A DNA stretch of 64,000 bases from positions 9,366 to 73,365 of the forward strand of contig CAVVDF010000002.1 of assembly GCA_963746995.1 (NCBI GenBank), given 5' to 3'. Origin of the DNA: an uncultured Actinomycetes bacterium (GTDB taxonomy: Bacteria; Actinomycetota; UBA4738; HRBIN12). The notes beneath the pieces were generated by a model. It saw only the letters and a list, made by a program, of their open reading frames with translations, made no database searches and was not told the origin of the DNA. Below are positions 10,704 through 21,334 of the stretch, piece after piece (the first letter of the stretch is position 1; each line of letters opens with the position of its first letter). The translations under genes and the position numbers were made by a program.

Positions 10704-11874
10704 ATGTCCGATACGTATCCGATCGCGCCCCACGGCGGCACCCTCGTGAACCTGCTCGCGAGCGGCGACGCCGCCGCCGACCTGGCCGCCGAGGCCGCGA
10801 ACCTGCCCAAGGTCGTCGATCAACGAGCGCGAGCTCTCCGACCTCGAGATGCTCGCGGTCGGCGCGCTCAGCCCGCTCACCGGCTTCCAGGGCGAGGACG
10901 ACTACCACGCGGTGCTCGAGACATGCACCTCGAGAACGGGCTGCCTGGGCGATCCCGGTCGTGCTGTCCGTCGGCGACGACGACCTCCACCGCGTCGGCG
11001 GCGCCGAGTCGATCGCGCTGTGCACCGCCGAGGGCGGCGGACGCCGCTCGCGGTGCTCCGCGTCAGCGGCCGGTTCAAGCGCGACAAGCAGAAGGAGGCG
11101 CTCGCGGTCTACCGCACCGACGACCTGGAGCACCCCGGCGTGAAGGCGATGTACGACGGCGGCGACACCTGCGTCGCCGGCGAGCCTCGAGGTGATCGCG
11201 CTGCCGGCGCACGACGACTTCGCTCAACTACCGGCTGACGCCCGCCGAGACGCGCGAGGCGTTCCGCGAGCGCGGGTGGCGGACGGTCGTCGGGTTCCAG
11301 ACGCGCAACCCGATCCACCGCGCGCACGAGTACATCCAGAAGTGCGCGCTCGAGATCGTCGACGGGCTGCTCGTGCACCCGCTGATGGGCGCGACGAAGG
11401 CCGACGACGTGCCGCCGACGGTGCGGATGCAGTGCTACGAGGCCCTGTTCGGCGGCTACTACCCGCACGACCGCGCGATGATCAGCGTGTTCCCCGCGGC
11501 GATGCGCTACGCCGGGCCGCGCGAGGCGATCTGGCACGCGATCGCCCGCAAGAACTACGGCTGCACGCACTTCATCGTCGGCCGCGACCACGCGGGCGTC
11601 GGCACGTACTACGGCACGTACGACGCGCAGAAGATCTTCGAGGAGTTCGAGCCGGACGAGCTCGGCATCACGCCGCTGATGTTCGAGCACTCGTTCTGGT
11701 GCACGAAGTGCGAGGGGATGGGGTCGCCGAAGACCTGCCCGCACGAGGCCGACGACCGCGTGTCGCTGTCGGGCACGAAGGTGCGCGAGATGCTCGCCGC
11801 CGGGCGAGCGCCCGCCGCAGGAGTTCAGCCGCCCCGAGGTGGCCGACATCCTGATCGCGGCGATGAAGGCCTGA
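10704..11874 (+). CDS. sat: Sulfate adenylyltransferase (Sat-type ATP sulfurylase)
   Basis: [57 protein letters not shown], Zn site C..C...[13 protein letters not shown]. Confidence 0.93.
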
Positions 11875-11910
11875 GCGCGGTCGGTCCGGCGACGGTGTAG
11901 CATCGCGCCC

Positions 11911-12523
11911 GTGAGCGAGCAGCCCGCAAACCGACGGATCGACAAGATCCGCGACCCGGCGTTCGTCGTCGGGCTCGCCGACCTTGTCGCTCGAGGACGT
12001 CCGCGCGCGGCGCGACGACTGCCTCGCCGAGCGCGAGTACCTCTCACTGCTGCGGCGGCGTGCTCCAGGGCCGAGCCGAGATCCTGAAGGCGGAGGTCGA
12101 GCGGCGCGCGGGCGGGGACGCCGGGCCGCTCGTCGACCGGCTGTCCGAGATCCTGGCCGACGACGATCACCGCGGTCACCTCACGCGGCGAGGCGGTGCG
12201 GGTCGCGCGTGCCCGAGGAGGAGATGCTGCTCGCGCGGCGCGAGATCGAGCGGCTCGCAGCCGACGCCGCCCTGTCCGACCCAGCGGCGCTTGACGACGA
12301 GGAGCTCGGCGCCGCGATCGACGCCCTGGCCGCCGAGGAGGAGGGTGTCTCCGAGGCGCGGCGCGAGGTGTTCGATCGTCGCTCGACCTCGTCCAGGACG
12401 AGCTCAAGCGGCGCTACAAGGACGACCCGACTCGCTCGCGCTGCTGCTGCAGGAACTTCTTCGGACCTGGTATCCGCGGGCCACGGCGCGGTGTCGGGTG
12501 TACCGTCATCGCGGCCCGAATGA
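11911..12523 (+). CDS. rsiG: RsiG/AmfC-like anti-sigma factor (end approximate)
   Basis: RRIDKIRDPAF..GL..LSLEDVRARRDDC; YLSLLRRVLQGRAEILKAE; second helix EEEGVSEARREVF..D..QDELKRRYK; asparaginase gene nearby as in other Actinobacteria. Confidence 0.75.
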
Positions 12524-13302
12524 GACGCGTCCGCAATCGCCCTTCCCCAAGGGAGCCCGGGTCCCTCGGAACGGCCGAGCTCCCTGCGCTCAAGCGCAGA
12601 TCGCCGTGTTCGCGCGCGAGGTCGGCGCGCTCTACTCGGCCGAGCGCGCACGTACCCACGAGCTCCACGATGGCGCTCGAGGAGCTGCGGCGAGACCTAC
12701 GTCGCGACGATGACCTCCTTCGCCCAGGTGGTCGAGGCGAAGGACCGGACGACCGCGGGCCACCTCGACCGGACCGCAGCGCCTCGGGTTGCGAGCTCGC
12801 CGAGGCGTCGACCCCGAGCTGGCGGCCCGGCCCGAGACGCGCTACGGCTTCTTCCTGCACGACATCGGCAAGGTCGGCATTCCGGAGCGGATCCTGTGCA
12901 AGCCGGGCGCGCTCGACCGCGACGGAGTGGGCGGTGATGCGGGAGCACCCGACGATCGGCGCCGACATCGTGCAGCCGATCCGGTTCCTGTCCGGCGCGG
13001 TGGACATCGTGCGATCCCACCACGAGCGGTGGGACGGCACGGGGTACCCGACGGGGCTGCGCCATGAGGAGATCCCGCTCGCGGCGCGGGTCTTCGCGAT
13101 CGCCGACTCGTTCGACGCGATGACGAACGACCGTCCCTACCGCGCGGCGATGCCGGTCGAGCACGCGATCGACGAGATCGTGCTCGGCGCGTGCACGCAG
13201 TTCGACCCCGACGTCGTGCAGGTCTTCCTCGATCTGGTCGACGCGGAGCCGACGGTCGTCGGGCTCGAGCCCGCCGCTCGTGTGAGCCGACCGTCGGGCT
13301 AG
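12520..13302 (+). CDS. HD-GYP phosphodiesterase (cyclic dinucleotide)
   Basis: EAKD..TAGH..R, LHDIGKVGIP, HPTIG, HHERWDGTGYPTGL, ADSFDAMTNDRPYR. Confidence 0.9.
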   Translation: MRRVRNRPSPREPGSLGTAELPALKRRSPCSRARSARSTRPSAHVPTSSTMALEELRRDLRRDDDLLRPGGRGEGPDDRGPPRPDRSASGCELAEASTPSWRPGPRRATASSCTTSARSAFRSGSCASRARSTATEWAVMREHPTIGADIVQPIRFLSGAVDIVRSHHERWDGTGYPTGLRHEEIPLAARVFAIADSFDAMTNDRPYRAAMPVEHAIDEIVLGACTQFDPDVVQVFLDLVDAEPTVVGLEPAARVSRPSG

Positions 13303-13312
13303 GCTGGGCGCC

Positions 13313-14289
13313 ATGCCGCGTGCCGATCGTGCAGGTCGTCCGCTCCGGGCTCGTCGAGTCCGTGCATCTCGGCGACATCGCCGTGTGCGACGCGCGCGGA
13401 GGGCTGGTCGCCTCGCCGGGGATCCCGAGCGCGTCGTGTTCGCGCGGTCGTGCATGAAGCCGGTGCAGGCGGCCGTGTCGCTCGGCGCGATCGACGTCGG
13501 GGTGCCGGAGCGCGAGGTCGCAGTGATGTGCTCCTCGCATAACGGGGAGCCGGTGCACGTGCGCGCCGTGCGCGGGCTGTTGCGCCGGGGCGGGGGTGCC
13601 GGCGTCCGCGTTGCGGACACCGGCGTCGCGGCCGATGGACCCCGAGGCCGGCGCGCGCGTGCGCGCGCCGGCGCCGATCTACCACGACTGCAGCGGCAAC
13701 CACGCCGGGATGCTCGTGGCGAGCGCCCGCGCCGGGTGGCCGCTCGACTCGTACCGATCGCGCTCCCATCCCCACCACCGCCGGACGCTGCCGTTGGTTC
13801 GCCGGCTCGCCGGGGAGGAGCCGGTGGTGGGCGTCGACGGGTGCGGCATCCCGGTGCACGGGCTCACGCTGCGCGGCGCCGCGACGATGTACGCGAGGCT
13901 GTCGGATCCGAAGGCCCAGACCGAAGCCGCGGCGATCGCGCGCGCAACGGCGGCGATGCGTGCGCAGCCGTATCTCGTCGGCGGGCGCGAGCGCGACGAC
14001 ACCGCCGATCATGGCCGCGGCGCCGGACCTGCTGGTCAAGGAGGGCGCCGAGGCGCTGGACTGCGCCGTCTCGCTCGAGGCGGGCCTCGGCGTGGCGGTC
14101 AAGGTCGGCGACGGCGGGCTACCGGGCGGCCGGGCCGGCGCTCGATCTCGGTGCTCGACCAGCTCGGGCTCCTCCCACCGGGCGCCCGCCGCCGGTTGCG
14201 GCCGTTGCTCCGGCCCGTGGTGCGCTGGCGGCGGGCGCCCGGTGGGCCACCTCGAGCCCGTCGTCACCCTTTCCGCCGCGCGCGCGTAG
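13313..14289 (+). CDS. L-asparaginase II family protein
   Basis: RSGLVESVHLG, FARSCMKPVQA, CSSHNGE, CSGNHAGML, GVDGCGIP, KEGAE. Confidence 0.85.
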
Positions 14290-14299
14290 CATCGAAGGG

Positions 14300-15639
14300 A
14301 TGCGGCCCGAACGCGGTCGCGCCGAGGAGATCTGGTGGGACGCGACACGGGCGAGCGCGCGCCGCGCGCGGCCGTGCTCTCGGTGCACACCTCGCCGGTG
14401 GACCAGCCGGGTACGGGCGACTCCGGGGGGATGAACGTCTACATCCGCGCGGTCGCCACCCGTCTGCAGGACCGCGGGATGGACGTCGATCTGTTCACGC
14501 GCTGCCGCGGCGGCGCGGACCACGAGACCAAGCACCTGACCTCGCACGCGCACGTCGTCGCGATCAAGGCGGGGCCCTGCGCAGCCCATCCCGAAGTCCG
14601 AGCTGCCGCGCTACCTGCCGGAGTTCCTCGGCGGCGTGATCCGCCACGCGAAGATGAACGGTCACCACTACGACGTGGTGCACAGCCATTACTGGCTGTC
14701 GGGCTGGGTCGGGGAGGCGCGTGCGCGAGCTCTGGGACGTGCCGCTCGTGTCGTCGTTCCACACGCTCGGCAAGGTGAAGAACTACTCGCTCGCGCCTCG
14801 GCGAGACGCCGGAGCCGGCGGCCGCGGATCGACGGCGAGACGCGGGTGATCGGGGCCTCGGACCGCATCCTCGCCGCCGACGCCCGCCGAGGCCGAGCCA
14901 GCTCGTCGGCCTGTACCGCGCCAACGCCCGAGCACATCCGGCTCGTGCCGCCGGGCGTCGACCACATGATGTTCACGGCCGCGCGACCGGTACGAGGCGC
15001 GCGCAGCGGCTGTACCTGACCGGGCTCCGGCTCGCGCTGTTCGTCGGGCGGCTGCAGGCGCACAAGGGTCCCGACGTCGCGATCCGCACGATCGCCGAGG
15101 CGATCGCGAGCGATCCGGACTCGACGCGCGACCTGCAGCTCGCGATCGTCGGCGGTCCGAGCGGCACCGACGTCGGCGAGGTCGCCCGGCTGATGGAGCT
15201 CGCGACGGCGCTCGGCGTCGCCGACCGCGTGATGCTCTTTCCGCCGCAGCCGCAGGAGCGGCTCGCCGACTTCTATGCCGCGGCCGACGTCGTGCTCGTG
15301 CCGTCGCGCTCGGAATCGTTCGGGCTCGTCGCGCTCGAGGCGCAGGCGTGCGGCACGCCGGTCGTCGCGGCGCGCGTCGGCGGTCTGCCGTTCGTCGTCG
15401 AGGACGGTCGCACCGGGTTCCTCGTCGACGGGCACGATCCGGGCGAACACGCGCGCCGCGTGCTTGGCGTTGCTCGGCGACCCGTCGCTGCAGGCGACGC
15501 TTGGCGCCGAGGCCGCGACGCGCGCGCTGCGGTTCACGTGGGACGTGACCGCCGACGAGGTCGCCGACGTGTACCGCGAGCTGATCTCGTCGCTGACCGC
15601 GCGACGTCCTGCGCATCGATGCAGGTCGGCGGCGGGTGA
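14300..15639 (+). CDS. mshA: D-inositol-3-phosphate glycosyltransferase (GT4, mycothiol biosynthesis)
   Basis: [57 protein letters not shown]. Confidence 0.88.
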
Positions 15640-15706
15640 TCTTGTCACTCTTTCTCCCAAACGCGTGACCTGCAGATTTGGCACTCTGACCTGCGGAAAC
15701 GTTGGC

Positions 15707-15735
15707 TTGACCACCCTTGGGGCCGCCGATACATT
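15707..15735 (+). promoter_or_regulatory. Near-consensus housekeeping-sigma promoter
   Basis: TTGACC-17 bp-TACATT with no start codon behind it; preceded by two TGACCTGC repeats at 15666 and 15687. Confidence 0.75.
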
Positions 15736-15742
15736 GCGCTTC

Positions 15743-16210
15743 GCTCCGAGCGGCTGGAAGGCCGGGAGGAGAGACCGGACGAGGCGCCGGGCACGCGACA
15801 GGTGGCGACATCGGACGCGGGGAACGGTGCCGACGGGGAGCCGGAAGGCAAAGAGGCCGCAAGGTCACTCAGCCGGGAAGGATCCCCGCACCGGGACGAG
15901 CCGCAAGGCTCGAACCGGTCACCCGGCGCGGACGGTCGCGAGGCCGACGCCGCCGGGGGTCCGCCGCCCGAGGGCGCGGGCCGGCCGCGAGGCCGGCACG
16001 CGAACCACGGAGCCGCCGGACGGCCGCGAGGCCGGACGGAGGAGCCGCAGGGGTGGTGAAGGTGACGCGGGCGCCGCGAGGCGCACCGATCACCGGCCGT
16101 CCGGATCCTCTCCGCCAAGGGCGGCTGGTCGCCCGGGGCACTAGAGCCCGAGGGGCATACGGAGATCGAACGCTTCGGCGGGAGGTCACCGGAGGTCTCT
16201 CGGGCTCTAC
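15743..16210 (+). ncRNA. Candidate large structured ncRNA (~470 nt), family unassigned
   Basis: Strong promoter, seven GNRA-capped hairpins, a cUUCGg hairpin, 5'/3' long-range complementarity and a terminal 11-bp stem (16142-16152/16199-16209). No credible ORF. Confidence 0.75.
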
Positions 16211-16223
16211 TATGTGCCGCCCT

Positions 16224-16887
16224 ATGAGCGGCGATCCGATCGAGCGGCGCGCGGACCAAGCGCGCGGTCGACGTCGAGCAGCGGCGCGAGCGCATCGTCG
16301 AGGTCGCGATGCAGCACTTCGCCGAGCACGGCTTCCGCGGCGCCCACGTCGACGACATCGCCCATGAGGTCGGCGTCGCAAAGGGGACGGTCTTCCTCGA
16401 CTTCGGTTCCAAGGAAGGGCTGTTCCTCGCGTCCTACCAGCGGGCGATGCGGATGCTGCCGGCGTGGCTCGATGCGCCGAGCGAGGTCGTCGACGAGGGG
16501 TTCTGGGCCACCCTCGACTGGTGGCTGGAGCGCACCGAGGAGATGGCGATGTCGGACCCGGTGCCGAACCGCATCGCGCAGATCGGCCGGTACGACACCG
16601 GTCTGGGCCTGCGCCAGCCGATCGACCGGTTCATGCGGAGCGAGGACCCGTACGGCACGCTCGAGTTCGTCGAGTTCGGCGTGCGCCGGGGCGAGGTGCG
16701 CGACGACGTGGACGCCGAGATGCTCGCCTCGATGCTCGACTGGCTCGCGGAGAAGTTCCAGGACGCCCTCGTGTCCGAGGACCTCGACCCCGGGCTGATC
16801 CACCGCCGGCCCGAGCGCCGGGGCATGCGGATCAAGGAGTTCGTCGAGATCCTGCGCGACGGCATCCTCGCGCGCGACGAGGCCTGA
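16224..16887 (+). CDS. TetR/AcrR family transcriptional regulator
   Basis: FAEHGFRGAHVDDIAHEVGVAKGTVFLDFGSKEGLF HTH; one indel near the N-terminus. Confidence 0.9.
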
Positions 16888-16921
16888 TGACGCGGCACAC
16901 GCGCGCCTAGACTCCGCGCCG

Positions 16922-17859
16922 ATGGGGTTCTCGACGGCGATCCTGCGGCCCGCGATCCTGCGGGTCGCACACCATCCGTGGTTCCGGCGCCTCGCGACCG
17001 GCACCGTGCCGGGGCGGGCGGTCGCCACGCGGTTCGTCGCCGGCGAGACCCTCGCCGAGGCGCTCGACGTGGCCCGCTCGCTCGCCGACGACGGCCTCCA
17101 CGTCATGCTCAACCACCTGGGGGAGCACGTCGCCACGCCGCGGGAGGCGCTCGCCGCGCGCGAGGCGTATCTCTCCGAGGTCGCCGCCGTGGTCGGGCGG
17201 CCCGGGCTCGATCTGGTCGTGTCGGTCAAGCTCACGCAGCTCGGTCTTCGCGAGTCGGTCGACGCCTGCTGGGCGAACCTCGCGCCGATCGTGGACGCCG
17301 CGGCCGAGGCGGATCTCGACCTGATGATCGACATGGAGGAGCACGACTACGTCGATCCCACCCTGGAGGTGTTCGGGCGGGCGCACGAGCGCTTCCCCGC
17401 GATGCGGGGTTGCGATCCAGGCGTACCTGCGCCGTTCGCACGACGACCTGTTCGCGACTGCCGGCCGACTGCCGGCTGCGGCTCGTCAAGGGCGCATACC
17501 TCGAGCCCAAGGACGTCGTCGTCCAGGGCAAGCGCGAGGTCGACCGCTCGTTCCGGCGCCTGTTCACGACGGCGATCGAGCGGGGCCACCGCGTCGACGT
17601 CGCCACGCACGACCCGGCGCTCCTCGAGGGCGTGCGCGAGCGCGTGGACGCCCTCGAAAACGGCTGGTCGCGGGTGGAGTTCGAGATGCTGTACGGTGTG
17701 CGCCGGGACCTGCAGGCGCAGCTGGCCGGCCAGGGATATCCCGTCCGCGTGTACATCCCGTACGGCACCGAGTGGTACCCGTACCTCACGCGACGCCTGG
17801 CGGAGCGGCCCGCGAACCTGTGGTTCTTCGCCTCGAACCTCGTAAGGACCGCGCGATGA
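16922..17859 (+). CDS. Monofunctional proline dehydrogenase
   Basis: RFVAGET, SVKLTQLG, IDMEE, RLVKGAY, VATHD, EFEMLYG, RVYIPYGTEWYPYLTRRLAERP. Confidence 0.93.
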
Positions 17860-18685
17860 CGAACCGAACGGTCGCCCTGCTGGGCGGCGGCAAGATGGCG
17901 GAGGCCTTGCTCGGCGGGCTGATCCGCTCGGGCGGGCGCACGCCCGACGAGATCATGGTGACCTGCCGGCGGGACGAGCGCGCGCGCGAGCTGGCCGGCA
18001 AGTACGGGATCACGGCGACCCTGGACAACCCGGAGGCCGCTCGGTGGGCGGGCACGCTGGTGCTCATGGCCAAGCCGCAGGATCTCGACGTGCTGCTGTC
18101 GCAGATCCGCGCCGACGTCACGCCGGAGGACCTCGTGATCAGCTTCGCCGCGGGCATCCGCACGTCGTTCGTCGAGAAGCGCCTGCCCGACGGCGTGCCG
18201 GTCGTCCGCGTCATGTCGAACGTGCCGGTGATGGTCGACGAGGCGATGTCGGTGGTCGCGGCGGGGAGCCTGGCGACCGACGAGCACCTCGGGCACGGCC
18301 GAGGAGCTGCTCGGCTACGTCGGCAAGGTGCTGCGGCTGAAGGAATCGCATCTGGACGCCGTCACGGCGACGAGCGGCAGCGGGCCCGGCGTACTTCTTC
18401 CTGCTCGCCGAGGCGATGATCGAGGCATGCATCCTGCTCGGCCTGTCGCGCGACGTGGCGACCGAGCTGATCATCCAGACGATGCTGGGCTCGGCAAAGA
18501 TGCTGCGCGACACCGGGAAGCACCCGGTCGAGCTCCGCGAGATGGTCACCTCGCCCGGGGGCACGACGATCGAGGCGATCCGCCACCTGGAGGAGGCCGG
18601 CGTGCGCGCGGCGTTCCTGAACGCAATCGACGCCGCCAACCGGCGAAGCGAGCAGCTTGCGCAGGGCGGCGACGAGGACGACTGA
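17856..18685 (+). CDS. proC: Pyrroline-5-carboxylate reductase
   Basis: LGGGKMAEA, AKPQD, VRVMSNVP, TATSGSGP, VTSPGGTT. Confidence 0.93.
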
Positions 18686-18698
18686 AAGCGAGATCACG

Positions 18699-18826
18699 AT
18701 GGGCCGTGGGGATTTGAAGAAGGTGCGCAGCGCGCGGGACCGCCAGCGCAAGGTCAAGGCGCGCGAAGCGCCGCGTCGCCGCCGACAAGGGCGCGGCGCG
18801 CAAGGCCGCGAAGAAGAAGCAGCTAG
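18699..18826 (+). CDS. Small Lys/Arg-rich hypothetical protein (~41 aa, one indel)
   Basis: MGRGDLKKVRSARDRQRKVKAREA...ADKGAARKAAKKK; fills the gap between proC and the convergent gene. Confidence 0.55.
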
Positions 18827-19596
18827 GCAGGCGCGAGCCGGTTCCGGAGCGTGCCGATTCCCTCGGCCGCCAGCACGACCTCGGCGCCGGGCCAGAGTTC
18901 CGCGGGTTCCGCGCGAGAAGGGATTGAGCGCGAGCGCGTCGCCGCGGCCGAGCGGCGCCTGGCGCGACGCCGCGGCGATCGCGGCGAACAGGCTCGTGGC
19001 CGTCCCGTTGAGGTTCCCCTTCGCGATCTCGCGGTCGTCGACGCGCACCTGCAAGAACAGCACCTGGGGGTCGACCTCGTCGGCGGTGATCACGCACGGC
19101 CCGATCGCGATCGGCAGGCCGCCGGCGTCGCAGCACGGGGGCGCCGCTCGCGTCGCGCGCCTGCCAGTCGCTCACGAGCGTGTAGCCGAATAGGTGCCGC
19201 GACGGGTCGAACGGGTCGGCGGGGGAGGTTTCGAGCGCGAGGACGGCCGCGATCTTCGGCTCGTACTCGAGCCACGCGGCGCCGTCGGGCCACGGCACGT
19301 CGTCCTCGGGCCCGATCACGCGACGCTCGACGTCGAGCGATCCGGGAGATGAGAGCGAAGCCGGGAACAGCGGCGTCGAGCATGCGCGGGCGGCGGACGC
19401 GCCAGTCGAGGACGTCGTCGCGCTCCAGCGCCGCCCGTGCGGCATCCATGACGGTGCCTCGGCTGCTCGAGACGAGACCCTCGAGCGTGGTGGGGAAGGC
19501 CGGGTGCCCAACCGCGTCGGGCAGATCGACCACCTCACTCTCGAAGATCGCCCCCAGTCGCCGCTGCCCCCCGCGGTCGTAGGTGACGAACCTCAT
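18823..19596 (-). CDS. Fumarylacetoacetate-hydrolase-fold protein (degenerate)
   Basis: MRFVTY...RLG, IGPEDDVPWP, LEYEPKI, FGYTLVSDWQARD, IGPCVITADE. Confidence 0.7.
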
Positions 19597-19763
19597 ATGA
19601 AGGGAGCCGAAGCGTACGCCTCGCTGGGCCGCCGAATCACGCAGCGAAACGTCGGGTGTTCGGGCCGACGTCGGGTCAGCGCATGCTCGTGGGCGGTGCT
19701 TCGGCGCACCGGCTAGCATGGCTGCCTGCGTCCAGGTTCCCGCACGAAGAGGGGGCTCTTCCG

Positions 19764-21334
19764 ATGACCGAGAAGTTCCGTATCACCTACGCCACGATGT
19801 CCGCGGACAACGAGGAATTGCAGGCCGCCTACGACGCGGCGGCCGAGCGCGCCCGAGCCGAGCTCGGCAAGGAGTACCCCGTGGTCGTCAACGGCGAGGA
19901 GCGCTGGCGCGAGGACGTCTACGCCGAGCCCTCGCCGATCGACAAGGAGATCGTGATCGGCCGCTTCTCGCAGGCCACCCCCGAGGACGTCGAGGACGCC
20001 GTCGCGGCCGCGCAGGGCGTTCCAGCTCGAGTGGGACCGCATGGGCTGGCAGGAGCGCGTGCGGATCCTCCGCACCGTCGCCGACATCATGGAGGAGCGC
20101 GTCTTCGATCTCGGCGCCCTGATGGCCTTCGAGGTCGGCAAGAGCCGGCTCGAGGCGCTCGGCGACGTGCAGGAGACCGCGGAGCTGATCCGCTGGAACT
20201 GCGACGAGATGGAGAAGCACGACGGGTTCCGCACGCCGATGAGCGGGCTCGGCGCGGCCGGCGACTACTACGACGTGATGCGCCCGCACGGGGTCTGGGC
20301 CGTGATCAGCCCGTTCAACTTCCCGATGGCGCTTTCCGGCGGGCCCTCGAGCGGCGCGCTCGTCGCCGGCAACACGCGTCGTGCTCAAGCCGTCCAACCA
20401 GGGCGCGCTGCTCGGCTACAAGCTCTACGAGTGCTACCGCGACGGCGGCGTGCCGCCGGGCGCGTTCCACCTCATGTCCGGTCGCGGTGCGGTCGCCGGC
20501 GACCGCTGTGGCAGCCACCCCGACGTGAACGGCGTCACCTTCACCGGGTCCTACGGGGTCGGGATGGAGATCTTCAAGAACTTCACGAAGGACGTTCCCA
20601 AGCCGGTGATCTGCGAGATGGGCGGCAAGAACCCGACGATCGTCACGAAGAACGCCGACCTCGACAAGGCGACCGACGGCGTGTTGCGTTCGGCGCTTCG
20701 GGTTCGGCGGCCAGAAGTGCTCCGCGTGCTCGCGCGTCTACGTCGAGCGGGAGGTCTACGACGACTTCGTCGCGCAGCTCAAGACGAAGACCGAGAAGAT
20801 CAAGGTCGGCAACCCGATCGAGCGCGACGTCTACCTCGGACCGATCATCAACGAGGCGGCGCTCGACACCTACGAGGAGGCCGCCGAGGAGGCGCGCAAG
20901 AACGGCACGATCGTCACCGGCGGCCAGCGCATCACCGAGGGCGACTTCGGCAGGGGGCTGTTCGTCGAGCCGACCGTCGTCGAGGCGCCCGAGGACAGCT
21001 GGATCTGGAAGAAGGAGCTGTTCGTGCCGTTCGTCGCGGTGGCGCCGTTCGACGAGCTCGACGACGCGATCGACAAGGCGAACGACACCGAGTACGGGCT
21101 GACGGCCGGGCTTCTTCAGCGAGGACGAGGCCGAGATCAACGAGTGGCTCGACCGGATCCACGCCGGCGTGATCTACGTCGAACCGGCGCGCGGGCTCGA
21201 CCACCGGCGCGTGGCCGGGCGTGCAGCCCTTCGGCGGCTGGAAGGCCTCGGGCACCACCGGCAAGGCCGGCGGCGGGCCCTACTACGTGACCCAGTACCT
21301 GCGGGAGCAGTCGCGGACGGTGATCGCCGAGTGA
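19764..21334 (+). CDS. Aldehyde dehydrogenase, RocA/P5C-dehydrogenase-like
   Basis: ISPFNFP, FTGS, EMGGKN, GQKCSACSR, YGLTAG, QPFGGWKASG. Confidence 0.88.

Noticed and set aside
15840-16084. Repeated GGCCGCGAGGCC units as a CRISPR array or REP cluster
   Set aside because: Units are 10-18 nt, variable and irregularly spaced, with no spacer pattern and no cas genes. Variation preserves pairing rather than sequence.
15743-16210. Identification as RNase P RNA, tmRNA or SRP RNA
   Set aside because: No GAGGAAAGUCC or 3' P4 motif, no tRNA-like ends or tag ORF, and no SRP helix-8 motif were seen.
15645-16412. Several 85-290 aa ORFs over the mshA-TetR gap
   Set aside because: Low-complexity R/G/P/A translations with no motifs; the region is better explained by a promoter plus structured RNA.
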